Below are positions 52,151-63,930 of a stretch of DNA of 64,000 bases, in pieces; the first letter of the stretch is position 1; each line of letters begins with the position of its first letter. Below the pieces are notes generated by a model, which worked only from the letters and a program-made list of their open reading frames with translations, made no database searches and was not told the DNA's origin. This DNA comes from Raillietiella orientalis (lineage: Eukaryota), in assembly GCA_036172245.1 (NCBI GenBank), contig JAYWIR010000011.1, forward strand, positions 372,001-436,000, read 5' to 3'. The translations under genes were made by a program, and so were the position numbers.

Positions 52151-52980
52151 AACATCTCCGATAGATGCTACGGACAACGTCGTTTCATGAAGCCCTGAAC
52201 GTGCTTCGATTGGGAAACTCCGACAAGAAAACCGAGGGCAAAAATTTCGACGTGCCTCGGACTTCGTGGGCAACCGATGGAATGCAAAGTGCACCGTCCA
52301 CTTTTTCCACATTCAGCGTGCACACACTCTGACGCTGTGGATTTTGGAATGCAACTTATCAACTGCTTCTTTTTACGCAGCGCCCCGTTTGCATCTTCAT
52401 CCATTCGGCACGTGGAAATTCCTTCCTCTGCTGCTCCACCCCCGCCCCCCTCCCCCGTGCCAGCACGTCGAATTTTCCCGAAACGGCCCGTTCGATTTAT
52501 CCAGAGGTCATCCCGCGAGGTTTTCGAAGAGGACCCCGGTGGCTTATGGAGCTCCGACCGAAACGTCCGCTCCTCTCCCCGAGGCCTTCTTCCTGCGTCG
52601 CCTGATGCTGCAGATCGAGGACCGTCCGGGCGCACATTAGCGCGCCGGGGAAACGCATTTCAACAAAACGGAGTGAAAATTAAAGGGAATTCCAAACGAT
52701 TCGAGACAAACAAAGTCCTGCCTAATGAGGAACCGAAGACGCGGCCTCACGTGGATTATCGATTAACCACGCTTCATTTTCTGGTCAATGAACACGTTGG
52801 GAGCATTTACGGGTTGGGCCTCGATTCAGGGAAGACCCAAAAGGAGGAAGAAAAAGAAAAGCAAAACAGAAATACTTCAAATTGACGACTTCATCACGAG
52901 AGGCACGGACTTTCGGCGAAGGAGCCGCACAAAACGATTCCCCTCCTCCCCCCCCCCCTTCTCCCGTCCCTTCCCTCCCC

Positions 52981-52983
<3 letters not shown>

Positions 52984-53017
<34 letters not shown>

Positions 53018-55270
53018 GAAAACCTTCCTTTGGAGCAGCGACGTTCAACCCTCAAAAACAACGCGCATGTTCGATGTTATTGGCAACACAGCGAACGGGC
53101 AACCCAACAAATTGACAACATCGCATGAAAGGGAGCGAATGGAATCGACAGCGAACGCTGATAACCTATTCTTAGCCGGGCGAGAGGCGTAATGGACTTG
53201 TGGAACGGAATGTGGTCCAGATGAAGAAAACGAAACAAGACAAAAAAAAAGCATGTGAAAGTGTCGCCTCGGGATGATCAAAGAGAGTACGACCATCGCG
53301 CGCGCGCGCGCAAGTACACAGTTCGCCGTGCATCCCGCGGTGTACACTTCGTCCGGATGATTCCCAGTACTCGATTTCAGCAGCGGCACGGTGAATCATT
53401 CATCTGGATGGAGATCACCGCGGTAACAAAGGCACTCCATTGATTCCCAGCACGATAGCCGCGAAGACGGGGGGAAAAAAAGAAACCACCAACCGGAAAC
53501 CATCCGTACGAATTTCGTTCCCTCGAACCACAACCGTTTCGGTACAGTTGTTCGTAATGGCAAACGAGTTCACTGAACTAAAGAGAGGGAGAGAGAGAAA
53601 GTGGCTGCAAACACGATGTTTAATGAGAAAAAGCACCGAAATGAAGATGAGTACTTACAAACCTACTACGTAAAAAAAAAAAAAAAAAAAAAATTCGTTT
53701 TTTTTTTTTTTTTTTTTTTTTTCAGTTACCGAGAACGAAGGCCAAGGGAATTTTTCCTTGCAGCATTATTCGATCCCTTATAGGCATGCTGGAAATTTTT
53801 ACAAGTAGCGCAAAATGCAATTTCATGAACCCATTCACAAAAATTGAAAAAAAAAAAAAAAAAAAAAAAAAAGCAGACATGGATTTACGTATTCGAAGAT
53901 GCCGGAAACACAGCTACACTTCCAGGAGCAAGCAGTGGGCAAACACTTTCGAGTACGTTCGATTGCTGCAGCTCGGCTGAATCGAGAATTTCGGAAAACA
54001 CGGCCAACACGCGGCCCAAGGCATCCGAGTACGAACGGAACAAAGAGTGGCCAACTTGGACACCCACGACACGACGCACCTTGAGTGCAGTTCACATATG
54101 CTTCACCTTAAAAATGTCGTTCCGGCATCCGCCAGTGACAAATCCTGTTTCAAGTAGCACTTGGCAATTGGACAACGAAAACTGTGAGACGACGCTACCA
54201 ACTTTTCCGGAGCTGCATTGAGTTGCGCCAGAGATTATCTGAAGAGAGTCGTGCTTCCGCCCCGCCTCTTTTTTCTTGTTTAGAAACTTAACACCAATCA
54301 GAGATGCTTATTTGGGAAGTCAACCAACCTGTATCTCTAGAAGGGAGGAACTAAAAGGTATTTGTTTCAAATGGTTGCGATGGCTAGTATTTCAGAGGAG
54401 AAATTGATAGTTATGCATATCTCGTTTGCAATTGGAATGAACAGGGAAAGAGAGAGAGAGAGAGGGAGCGGGGGGGAGGAGGGGGGAGAAGGAGGAGTGG
54501 GGGACAAATTCGACGGGAAGCGCATCGGAACAAAGGAGAGGGAGGGGAAGCGGAGGGGGGGGGGGAGGACCTTCAGGATGCGAGGACGGCGACCAACAAT
54601 TTTGAAGTCTTGCTATTGTTGCCGGCCGCGAGCGGGCGGGCCTCGCAGGGGCCGTCGGAAGCGGGGCGCATGCGCGTGGATTTTGCGGCGGATCTTCGCT
54701 TCCTTTGTCCTGCGCCCCGAACGAGCCGTGACGCGCGAGTCCATCGGCCAATAAATTCGGAACGAGGACGATAATGGAACACCTCGTCCCGTTTTCCGGG
54801 GCTGTCCGGCGTTCTGTAACCAACAACGCACTCCCCCTTCTCCCCTTCTTTGCTCCTTTTTCTCTTTCTTTCTTTCTTTCGGTTTTTTTTTTTTTTTGTT
54901 TTGTTTTGTTTTCCTCTTCCCCCCCCCCCTTTTCTGCTCCGGTGCGACACTTTTTTTTTTAGGGGGGGGGAGGAGGGGGGGAAAGGAGGAGGAGGGGAGG
55001 AAAGAGAGAGAGGAATGACGAGCCGAAGGAAGTACTTTCGGTTTCGAAGTTTTGTCGCAGCAGCACCACCGCCGTCTCTGATTGGACGAAAGCTGCTCAG
55101 TTGCGGAAAAGCGTTTCTGCCCTCTCGCGTACTCCTGTCCTCCCGCTTTGGATTGTTGAGCAGTGTGTTATTATTGACCGGCATCGTCGTGTATCCCCTG
55201 AGGCACGCGGGAAAGTCCGTAACTTGCGACTGGGGAACTCGGAACGGGGGAGTTTGCGAATATTTTTTTT

Positions 55271-55312
<42 letters not shown>

Positions 55313-55696
55313 GCTTTTTTTTTTTTTTTTTTCTCAGTTCGAGCCGTCCAATAGGATGCGAGGAGGACTGTTCCCCCAGCCCCCGAGTCGTGGCGCAACG
55401 CGTACGGCGCTCGTGGCGGGACGTTCTGCCGACGCCGACGTTTCCCGGGAAACGGAGAGGTGAGGAAGGCGCAAGCAGGCGGAATCCGAGCCGGCAGACC
55501 CGTCGGGCGGAGGGATGGGGGTCTCTCTCTCTCTCTCGCCTACAGCGAGAGAGAGAGAGAGAGAGACCCGGGTGGCCCCACCCGCTGCTGCCGTGTGTGT
55601 AGAGGCGGCTGGAGGGGGGGGAGGAGGAGGAGGGAGACTGAGCGTGCGGAGAGGAGGGAGGGAGGGAGGGGGGCAGGGAGAGAGAGAGAGAGAGAG
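52984..55696. repeat. Cluster of (GA)n/(TC)n microsatellites
   Basis: Tracts at ~52984-53015, 54450-54464, 55276-55309, 55522-55537, 55547-55566 and 55679-55696. Confidence 0.9.
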
Positions 55697-56251
55697 GGCG
55701 TGCGCGCGCGTGCGATTGCGTTGGTGGCGGCTCGCGGCGCGCCTCTCCCGCCGCCTTCCTCGCTGCCCGTTGGTTCGCTCGTTGTCGTGACGAAGGGGCA
55801 GTTCCAGCCGAAGTCTCCGCGGGACCGTCGCCTCGCCCCGCAGCGGCGGTGGCGGCGGCGGGCGGGGTGGCATCGAGCGCGAAGCGAGGGGTGGGCAGGG
55901 ACGCGAGCGCGCCTTCGCCACGGCCGTGCGAAGTGTGCAGTGTGCGCTTCCTCCCGAGCGTTACTCCTCCCCCCTCCCCCTTCCCCATCCGCTAGCGTCG
56001 AGGATCGATTCGGCCCCCCGCTGGCGGGCGGGCGGGCGATCCGTGCGCCCGCGGCCGCGCCGCCTCGGACGGAAGGACCCGTTGCCACGCGGTGAAGGTG
56101 CGGGGAAGGAAGCTCAGTAAGGCACAGGGAACGGGTCTCCTCGGCAGTTGCCTCTGGCACCGAGAGGAAGAAGAAGGGGGGGGGGGGACTTCCCGGCTGC
56201 CTACTTGAGATTGGCACGGCGCGCCGCCCGCGGGAAATTCGGCGCCAGCGG

Positions 56252-56363
56252 GATGGAAGGAAGCGCTCGGGCGGGGTAGCTTCCGTTTTTCGCCCTTCCT
56301 TCCTCCGCCCCCGCATGCTCCTCGTGGACGACCGCCATCTTGGATCCCGTCGCATGCCGATTC
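56252..56363. promoter_or_regulatory. Direct repeat copy 1 (~112 bp) with YY1/Pho motif and GC boxes
   Basis: ACCGCCATCTTG at 56331-56342, plus GGGCGG and CCGCCC. Aligns with 56727-56837 (about 13 differences). Confidence 0.6.
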
Positions 56364-56726
56364 CCTGCTCCGTCCCCTGTCCCTCCCTTCCGGTCTTTCC
56401 CGTCGCGCCCACTGCAGAGGGTCCGAGGAGGGGGCGCGGGTGCAGGTCCTCCACTCCCGTCCGGAAGAGCGCCGCCGTCGCCGCGGAGTGGGCGCGCTCG
56501 CGGGGGTGGCAGGCCGGGGCGCCTCCGGCAGGGGGCCACACCTTCGCGCCGCCGCTACAACGCACGGACGGGGGCGGAAGGAAGTGGATCGCTCGCACGT
56601 GCCGAGGAGCGCGCACGGGGGCTGCAGCGGAAACCGGGCCCTTGCCGCGCTCCCACCCGTACATTTCTGATGAAGAAGGGGGGGGCTGCGCCCTGGTCAG
56701 ATAGGTGGCGGCGATCCCTTCCGCTC

Positions 56727-56837
56727 GATGGGAGGAACGGTCGGGCGGGAGAGCTGCCGTTTTGCGCCCTTCCTTCCTCCGCCCCCGCACACTCCTAGTG
56801 GACGGCCGCCATCTTGGATCTCATCGCATGCCGATTC
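56727..56837. promoter_or_regulatory. Direct repeat copy 2 (~111 bp) with a perfect YY1/Pho consensus and GC boxes
   Basis: GCCGCCATCTTG at 56805-56816, which reads CAAGATGGCGGC on the ph strand. Confidence 0.6.
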
Positions 56838-59510
56838 GTCGCATGTCGCCGCCGGCAGGAGCAGCGCTTCCGGAACCGGAAGGGGAGGGGGGGGGCGAAA
56901 GTTCCTGCGCCCGCGCGATCGCAGCGCGGCGCGCGAGTTCCGCGCGGAAGCTCCGGCGCGAAGCGCGGATCCCGAGGTGGAGCGACCCCCTCTGTCCCCC
57001 TTCCCGCCGACCGTCCCTGCTTTCTCCTCCCGCTGCCCGACGGCGGCGCAGGCGTGAGCCGCCGGGTCCGGATGCTGCAGCATCCGGCCCCGGAGTCGCA
57101 GTGCCTCCGCTTCCCCTACCGCCGCCTTCCGGCGCCGAGCCCGCGCCTTCCTGCTTCGCCGGAAGGGCGCAAGTGGGAAGGGGGCGGGCGCTCCCTCGCC
57201 GGAAGGTCCCGCCGCCCCTTCCGAGGGGGCGCGTGCCCGGGATGGAACCGGCGGAGCTCCTGGCGAGAGCGGCCCGTAAGGCGGCGTGGGCGGGCGGGCT
57301 CTGAGGGCCCGGTGAGGTGAGCACCGCATTGCCATTGGCAACGCGCCGCCTCGGGGAGCGGACGGGGATCGCCCGCCAGCCACGTGGTCCACAAGCGGTA
57401 GTCCTCTGCCCCCCCCCCCCGCCTTCGCCTCTCCGGATGTTGTCTGTTTTCCGCCCTCTCCCCGAGGGCGCTCCGGTCGCTCCCCTCGTTGCTCGGCGAG
57501 GGTCGCCAGGGGCAGGAGGAGGCGACGGGGTGGGTGGTGAGGGTTTCGCGGGGGACGTAGTATAGGGGTGCGGGGGAACCCGGTTTCCCGGAGGAAGGGG
57601 CGGGCAGGTCCACCCTCCCCTTCCTCCTCCCGTGCGGCAGGACTCCGCCGCCGCCGGAGCGCGTCGACACCGGCGGCAGCGGACGGGAGGCCGAACGAAG
57701 GAAGCAGGAAGAGCGAAAGAAGAGAAACAAGACGGCAAGGGGAGGCATCCACCGCCTACCCAATGGGGGAACCCGAGCTGAGCAGCCGACGCGTCGCCCG
57801 ACGCGCAGGAAGAACGTGCCAATCACTGCGCCGCGCTCTCGCAGCGGCAGGCAGAGAGAAAAGAAGTAGTTCCCAGAAGCGGGGGCCGCGGAGGAGGAGC
57901 CTCGTGCGCTTTCCGCTAGGCGTCGTCCGAGTGCACTTTCCGCCGGAGCCCGTTCATTCGTCTCGCGTGCTTCCGGAACGGTTCGCGCGCCCGAGGCGGA
58001 AACAGCGGCGCCCAATACCATTTTCGCGCTAAGCTGTGCTGCGCGCAAAATCCTGCCTAGCCTCGCGAAGGGAGCGTCCGCGCTGCTCGCGGCGGCGGCA
58101 GCGGCGGCGGCGGCGGCGGCGCGCACGCGCGCGCGCGCGCAAGTCTTCCGCGCACACGCCGCAGCTCGGGCGTGCAACAGTTTGGCTGACGTCACCGCGC
58201 GCGCACGCCAGCGAGGGCAAAGCGTTTTGCCCCGACGTGCCAGTGGAAATGAAATGCTTTGCTGCGGCGGCGGCTCGGCGGTCACGTTGCTGGTGCCATC
58301 CTTTGACCGGCGCCGAGCTCTTTGTATCCTGGAGCTCAGGCGAACGCCGATCGGGATTCCCGGTTGCGTGGGCCGCAGGCGACCGGGCAGCGATCCCGCA
58401 TTGTTGCCCACGACGTGGAATCAGTAAAGTGGACGAGGGGCCGCCCGCCGTTTGTGTGTGCGCGCGCGCGAAGGGATTCGTCTTTGCAGCTCGTTCCGCG
58501 GGGAGCGTTCCCAGGGCAACGTATCCTGGGTAAGTGTTCGGACGGTCGACGCAACAATGATCGGATGCTTGGCGCCGGGGCGATCTCGGAGCTCCCAAAG
58601 GAAGCGCACGCGCTCGCCCTCGGCTCCCCCCCCCCCCTCCTTTTTGTTTCCTTTTCCGGAGAAGCTTCTCGATCCGCAACAATGCATCCGCACAGCGCGC
58701 AAGCCGTGACGTGCGGCTGCCCGCATGCGCGAAACGCTCTGCCACCGCCGATGCAGTCGTGATCGCGGGGCCGCTGCTTGTCGGGGGGGGAAGTTGGGGT
58801 GGGGGGCGCCTTCCGTGCGGTGCGAACGGTGCGCACCGCCGCCTCGCTTCCCAGAGTGCAGGTTGGGAATTCGGCCAGGCGGGATGCGGATGAACGTGTG
58901 CGTGCTGCGCAGCGCTCGGTGCTCGCTGTTACCCACCCATCCGACTGCCGCTGCCGTTTGCTTCTCCCCCCTCCTCCTTCCACCATTTTTTCATTTTCCC
59001 TGTTTTCGTTTGTCCGTGGCTGGGAACGTCCGGTTTTTATGCTTGCCAGGCGAATGACTTCCTCTCTCGTCGAAAGCGAAACGACTGGGGGTGACGCAGA
59101 TCACGTGCGTCAGGGCTGCGGATGCAGCGTACCCGGGCATCGCCGGTGAGTCTCGGTGCTCGTGAGAATGAGTCTCGCCGGGACTGTGCGATCTTCACGT
59201 CGTTTGGCAGAGGGCGTTTTCGTAACCCATGTTCACGTGTATGTGCGTGCGTACGCGAAACGCGTGCGTGAAATAACGAACGCGAGTGCGGCGAGGCTGC
59301 ACGGCGCCTGGCATCCCCAACAGGGGTCGCAGAAATCCGCCTTCCCTCCCCTGCTGGCCTCCAGGGGGTTCGTTCGTTATCTCCGGCTAAGTGTCTCTCC
59401 GATCGACCGCGCGCGTGCTCCGTGTTTTCTTTCCGTCCCTCCTGGTCACCGCCTGCGCAGATCTCTGCCCTCGACTTCCCGGGGCGCGCAGGCTGGGGAA
59501 ACGGCGCGTT

Positions 59511-59609
59511 CGACAGCGGTGGGCTTCGAACCCACCTCCCAGGAATTTCGAACGGAGCGCTCAACAGAGAGCGCAGCGAACCCGAAGAGCGACTTCGGGT
59601 TCGGCTGTC
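59511..59609 (-). ncRNA. tRNA-like cloverleaf (tRNA pseudogene/SINE head or structured element), not a canonical tRNA
   Basis: 5' GACAGC pairs with 3' GCTGTC. T-arm GTGGG-TTCGAAG-CCCAC followed by CGCTGTCG resembles a tRNA-Leu/Ser 3' end. Also an 11-bp and a 6-bp hairpin. No A-box. Confidence 0.45.
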
Positions 59610-59835
59610 CCGGAAACTGGATGCGAAAGCAGCAGCGCGGGAAAAGCCGCGTTGCGGGAAGACAGGAAGGGAGGGGCGACCTCGAGGGATGGACGATGGG
59701 GTGAAATGGGAGAGGGTGTGTGTTAAAACCCCTTTTTCTCGCATCCTGGTGACCTGTCTGTTTCCAGGACAGGCATGCCTCTGCCACCTTGACTGACAGA
59801 ACCCACAGATGCCTTGGCAGGAGCAGGGCCGTGCC

Positions 59836-59857
59836 ATATATATATATATATATATAT
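59836..59857. repeat. (AT)n microsatellite
   Basis: About 11 AT units. Confidence 0.9.
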
Positions 59858-59899
59858 TTTTCCCCTCGTCTTCTCGTAGGAAGGAGTGGCAGGAGCGCT

Positions 59900-60489
59900 C
59901 CTTCTCCCCTCTCCTACGGACCACGCTCCCCGCTTCCCCCTCGAATCCCCACCCCACCTCTCCTTTCATTCTGCTTACCCTGCTTGCCTGCCTTCCCAAG
60001 AGCCGCAGGGAACTCTCCAGAGGCCAGGAGCACATGCCGTCCAGCCTGCGCAACCGCCCACCTAGCGCTGTAGCGGGTCCGGCGCTACACCGGAGTCTCG
60101 GATCCTGGAAACGCAGCCATGGGAAGGTCAACCACCATCTGCCTGGGAGCGGCAGCGATGTGGCTCCCCCAACGCACCCCCCGATCCAGTGCGTGCTCGC
60201 TAGCCTGGGGGCGCGCGTTTGACCCGCCGCAAGCCTTCATAACCCGAACTTGCCCGGAGTCTGCCCTAAGGATGGGGAATTTCCTGGTCCGCAAGGGTTT
60301 CTCCAAACTACCACCCCTCCCTCCTACCCTCCCCCACGCACACCTTGATCTCTCCCTCTTGGTCCTTCTTGGTGTGATCACCGAGGACTGAACCTGGTAC
60401 CTCAGGAACGGGGAGTCCGCGGGTGAGACAGGCCCCCCGCCCCAGACCCCACGAAATGATGCGAAGAGAAATAATAAAATAAAAAAAAA
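59900..60489 (+). mobile_element. Probable LINE 3' end with polyadenylation signal and A-tail
   Basis: GC-rich decayed sequence ending aaataataaaataaaaaaaaa at 60468-60489. Confidence 0.4.
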
Positions 60490-61499
60490 GGGTGGAAAAC
60501 GAGTGGTAATGGAGCTTGTTCGACCACCCGGATTCAGCACCCTACACTTTGATCTTATCCAAAAGCCGAGTAGCGAGAAGATTCAGCGCCCTATGCAACA
60601 AGGAGGGGCAGGGAAACCCAAGTTTGGCCTCCACCAGGCTACCCTCTCTCTTCCCCAGCGGAAGGGGCCAGGGGTGCCTCCACTTCTCCCGCAAGAGAAG
60701 CCGCGCGCAGCTTCCCGCCCACTGCCATCCTCCCCTTCGGAATCTTTCCCTCGGGACGTTTCCCCTGCGTCCCTGTTTCCCGATGGAGGGCGCATCTCGG
60801 GGTCTCTCCTCCATCAGGCTACTCGCGGCCACTAGCCCTCGCTGGATCCCCCGAGGGGACCTCTACGACCCGACAGTGACGGCGCAGCGGCAATGCTCCT
60901 GGCACCCTCGCCGGGGAAGGAGGGACAGCTCTTCCGCGTCGTCCGTTCCCACGTGTTCCTCACTGCGCGCCACCAAGCGGTTTTCCGATCCGCGTACGGT
61001 CGCCGAAGAGTTCGCGTCCCTCCCTGACCCCTGGCTGGCTCCCCATGGCCTCGGTCCTCATCCCAGCCTCTGTCCCCGTGTGCCCTTTCCTATTGGAACC
61101 GCCCTTCAAGGCGAGCATCGGTGCGAGCTACCCTTTCCTGCCCCCCATAGGTCTCCAGGACCCTTCCTTCGACTGATGCCGCTCCTCTCATCTTTCCCAA
61201 GGGTTTTGGGGAGGAAGCGTCCCTCCCTCCCTTCCCATTCGGACTTCTTTAACCCTTCCTTGCTGCCGTCCTTGGCCGAGAGCATCCGTCCGAGAGGTCG
61301 CAGCACCCCGCCCAGGACCAAGGAAGGACGAGGTTCCTGGCCTGCAAGGAACGCCGAGGGGGTGGGGGAATGGCTGAGAGAAGGGAATCTCCCAGGGCAA
61401 GAGAGGGCGTTCTGGGTTGTGGCGAGCTGGGGGACCTTTCCTCAGCACCCCTTCCCTTCAGCGCCAGATTGCCAGGGGTCGCATGGCACGCGAAGGCAG

Positions 61500-63930
61500 T
61501 CGACGCCGAGATGGGGACATCTAAGGGATGGGGGCGGCAGCAAGTACGAAGCGACAGGCGCGTGGAGCTCGGTGGCGGCCTTCCCGGATCGCCTGCTGCG
61601 CACGCACCCCCGTTGCTTTCGTCCCCATGGAGACGGAGGCGTCTGGAAGGTGGGCAGTTCTTCTTCCGGGAGAAACGAACGCAGAGAAGGGGGATGAGGG
61701 TCCACAGGGAGGGTTCTGCCAGCGGGGAACTTCCGGGAAATGCTTCACCCTCTTTCCAGAGCAACCAGCACGTAATGGAGGGAGCGGCCCCCAAGCGGGT
61801 GAAGGATAGGCGGCCGTTCGGGACTCGGGATTCCCCTCGGACCAGTGTGAATCCAGAGGGAGATGCCCCCGGGCACATTGCCCTGTTACCTTCCCAAGAG
61901 CTGCAGGGGAGATCCCTGCTTAGCTCCACTTCTCCCTCTCGTGGAGGATCTGCACCTGTCCAGTCTGTTCGGCTCGCCACACCCCGCGGAGGCCCTTCGA
62001 CCCCCTCTGACCTCAAGGGGCGCAACGAGTCCTCTTGAGGGCAGGGGGGAGAGGATAGTACCCTCAGGAGCGTCTACCTCGTGAAGTGAGGGAGGAGGGC
62101 CATCGCCGTCGGGCCGTTGGAAGTTTTCCTGAAATCCCGGAGTCTCTCTCGGGCGCCGCCTCTTTCCTGTCCTGGCTGCGCCCGTCCTGGGTGTCGGAAG
62201 GGGTCTCTCTTCCAGGGAGTGGGGGCTCCGACTGAAGCTGCACCCAACCCCCAGAGGGGATTCCGTCCACGGACGGACCGGCGGCCAGCCCGGGAGGCGC
62301 ACGCGCTGGCACCACGGTGACGGCACCCCGAGCGCATCCGAGGGTGGGACGTCGTCCCCGGGAGTCGAAGGGCTTCCCTTTAGCCCAGAGGATGCACCAC
62401 TCTCTCCGGACTGCGGTACGGGCCCCCTTTCTCCGCGTTCCACCTGTCCTGAGTGCACTTGCAGGCGGGTCCCTCTGCAAGGGCACTCGGGACCTCCCGG
62501 ACGATGAGGGCTTCTGCTCTCGCGCCCTCTGGCAAGGGGCCACTTGCTTCCTTTTACTGGGACGGGGTCGCGTCTCCACCCCCTTCTTCCGCGACCTCGG
62601 AAGGAGGGTCTGCGCACCCTCTGGGTCATTGCGCGCAGCGACACGCTCCCGGCCGAGCAGCGCGCACAGAACGTGCCAGTGCGCCACCGAGGGTCGATCA
62701 GCCGCGCACATGCGCCGGCGCCACACCCCCTGGAGCGATATCGGGCGTCGCCACGGGATGTCGGCGGGACCGGAGCAGACCGCTGCACCCCCCTCCCCCT
62801 TCAGGAGCTCCCTGTCGTAGTCGCCTTGCGCTGTGACCATCCTCGCCCCCACCGAGGGGATACGAGTAAAGCAACGGCCCCTCTGCAGGAGCAGGAGGGG
62901 ACAGACGCTTCCAGGATAGACCCGAGCTCCGTCTAGGATCTTCCCTTCGTCCCCCTGCCCTCCCAGAAAACAGGCGCCGCCAGTGAAGGGGACGCCACCC
63001 GGGAAGGGCATCCTCACTGTTCTCGGAGGAGTCAGCGAAACCTCGAGGGTGGGGTGTGTGGGGTAGCTCCACGTCACCCCTTTGCTCTGCTGCTGGCCTA
63101 TCGGGCGCGCGTCCTGAGATGCCACGTCCACAAAGCATCGACAACCCTCCGGAACACTGCGTCCGGCTCCGCCTCCCGGGGTGGGGGATAGGGGAGACGG
63201 CCGCGTGCGTCTTGTGACCCTTCCCGCGCACCCCCCTCGCCTCCGTTTCTGCGCCCGGAGGTGGAGCGAGCTAAGATCACCGGCGGCATTCCAGGGGATA
63301 GGAGCGAGAGAGGAGGTCGGAGAGGTGCTCCCCGCTCCGCCTCTTCCCTTCCTCCAGGACTTCCCCCCACCCCCATACAGGGAGCGGCCCGCGAACAGGA
63401 GTGGGAGGACAAAGCACAGGGAAGGCGTCTCAAGCACCCCACCCCCTTCTTTCCCGGGTGGGCGTCCCGTCCCTCTTCCTGGCGAGGGACGCTCTCAGAG
63501 GCTTCCCTCGGAGGTGGGAATGCCGCTGACCCTCGAGGGATCACGGCACGCGCGCGGACTTGGGGAGGGTAAAGGGCACTTCTTCTTCACTGGAACCCCT
63601 CGCGAGGGCACTTGTAGCACCCGGAAGGGGCAACGCTCCCCCGCTGCTTGCTCTCTTGCGCTGCCACCCCGCCATGGGCGTTACCCGTATCAACCGCCCA
63701 CGAGGGGAGGGTGGGGCAGGAATCGCAGCGGCATATGGGGATTCGCGAGAGGGGCCGCATGCCAGACGGGAGGCGCTCGCTCGTTCCTCTCCTCCCCCTC
63801 ACCCGCCCCCGCTCCTTTCCCTTCCTTCCTGCTTTCCTCGAGCTCCGTTCGTCGCGGCAGAGACCGCGCTCCTCGACTGGATCTCCATGACGATCCCCTC
63901 CCCTTCCCGGTGTAGGAACAACTTCATCTA
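61500..63930 (+). mobile_element. Decayed L1/Tx1-like ORF2 3' half
   Basis: WQGATCFLLLGRG (~62530) resembles WxxxxLSxxGR. MPLTLEG...GEGKGHFFF (~63520-63590) resembles zf-RVT LPxxxR...CGxxExxxHxF. Confidence 0.4.

Noticed and set aside
54573..55988. 471-aa minus-strand ORF upstream of ph
   Set aside because: It is a translation of microsatellites and homopolymers (poly-K, RE and LS repeats).
59511..59700. MALAT1-like triple helix upstream of the tRNA-like element, or a functional tRNA/tRNA-Sec
   Set aside because: No U-rich/A-rich triple-helix motifs 5' of it, no canonical D-loop or anticodon loop, and no resemblance to tRNA-Sec.
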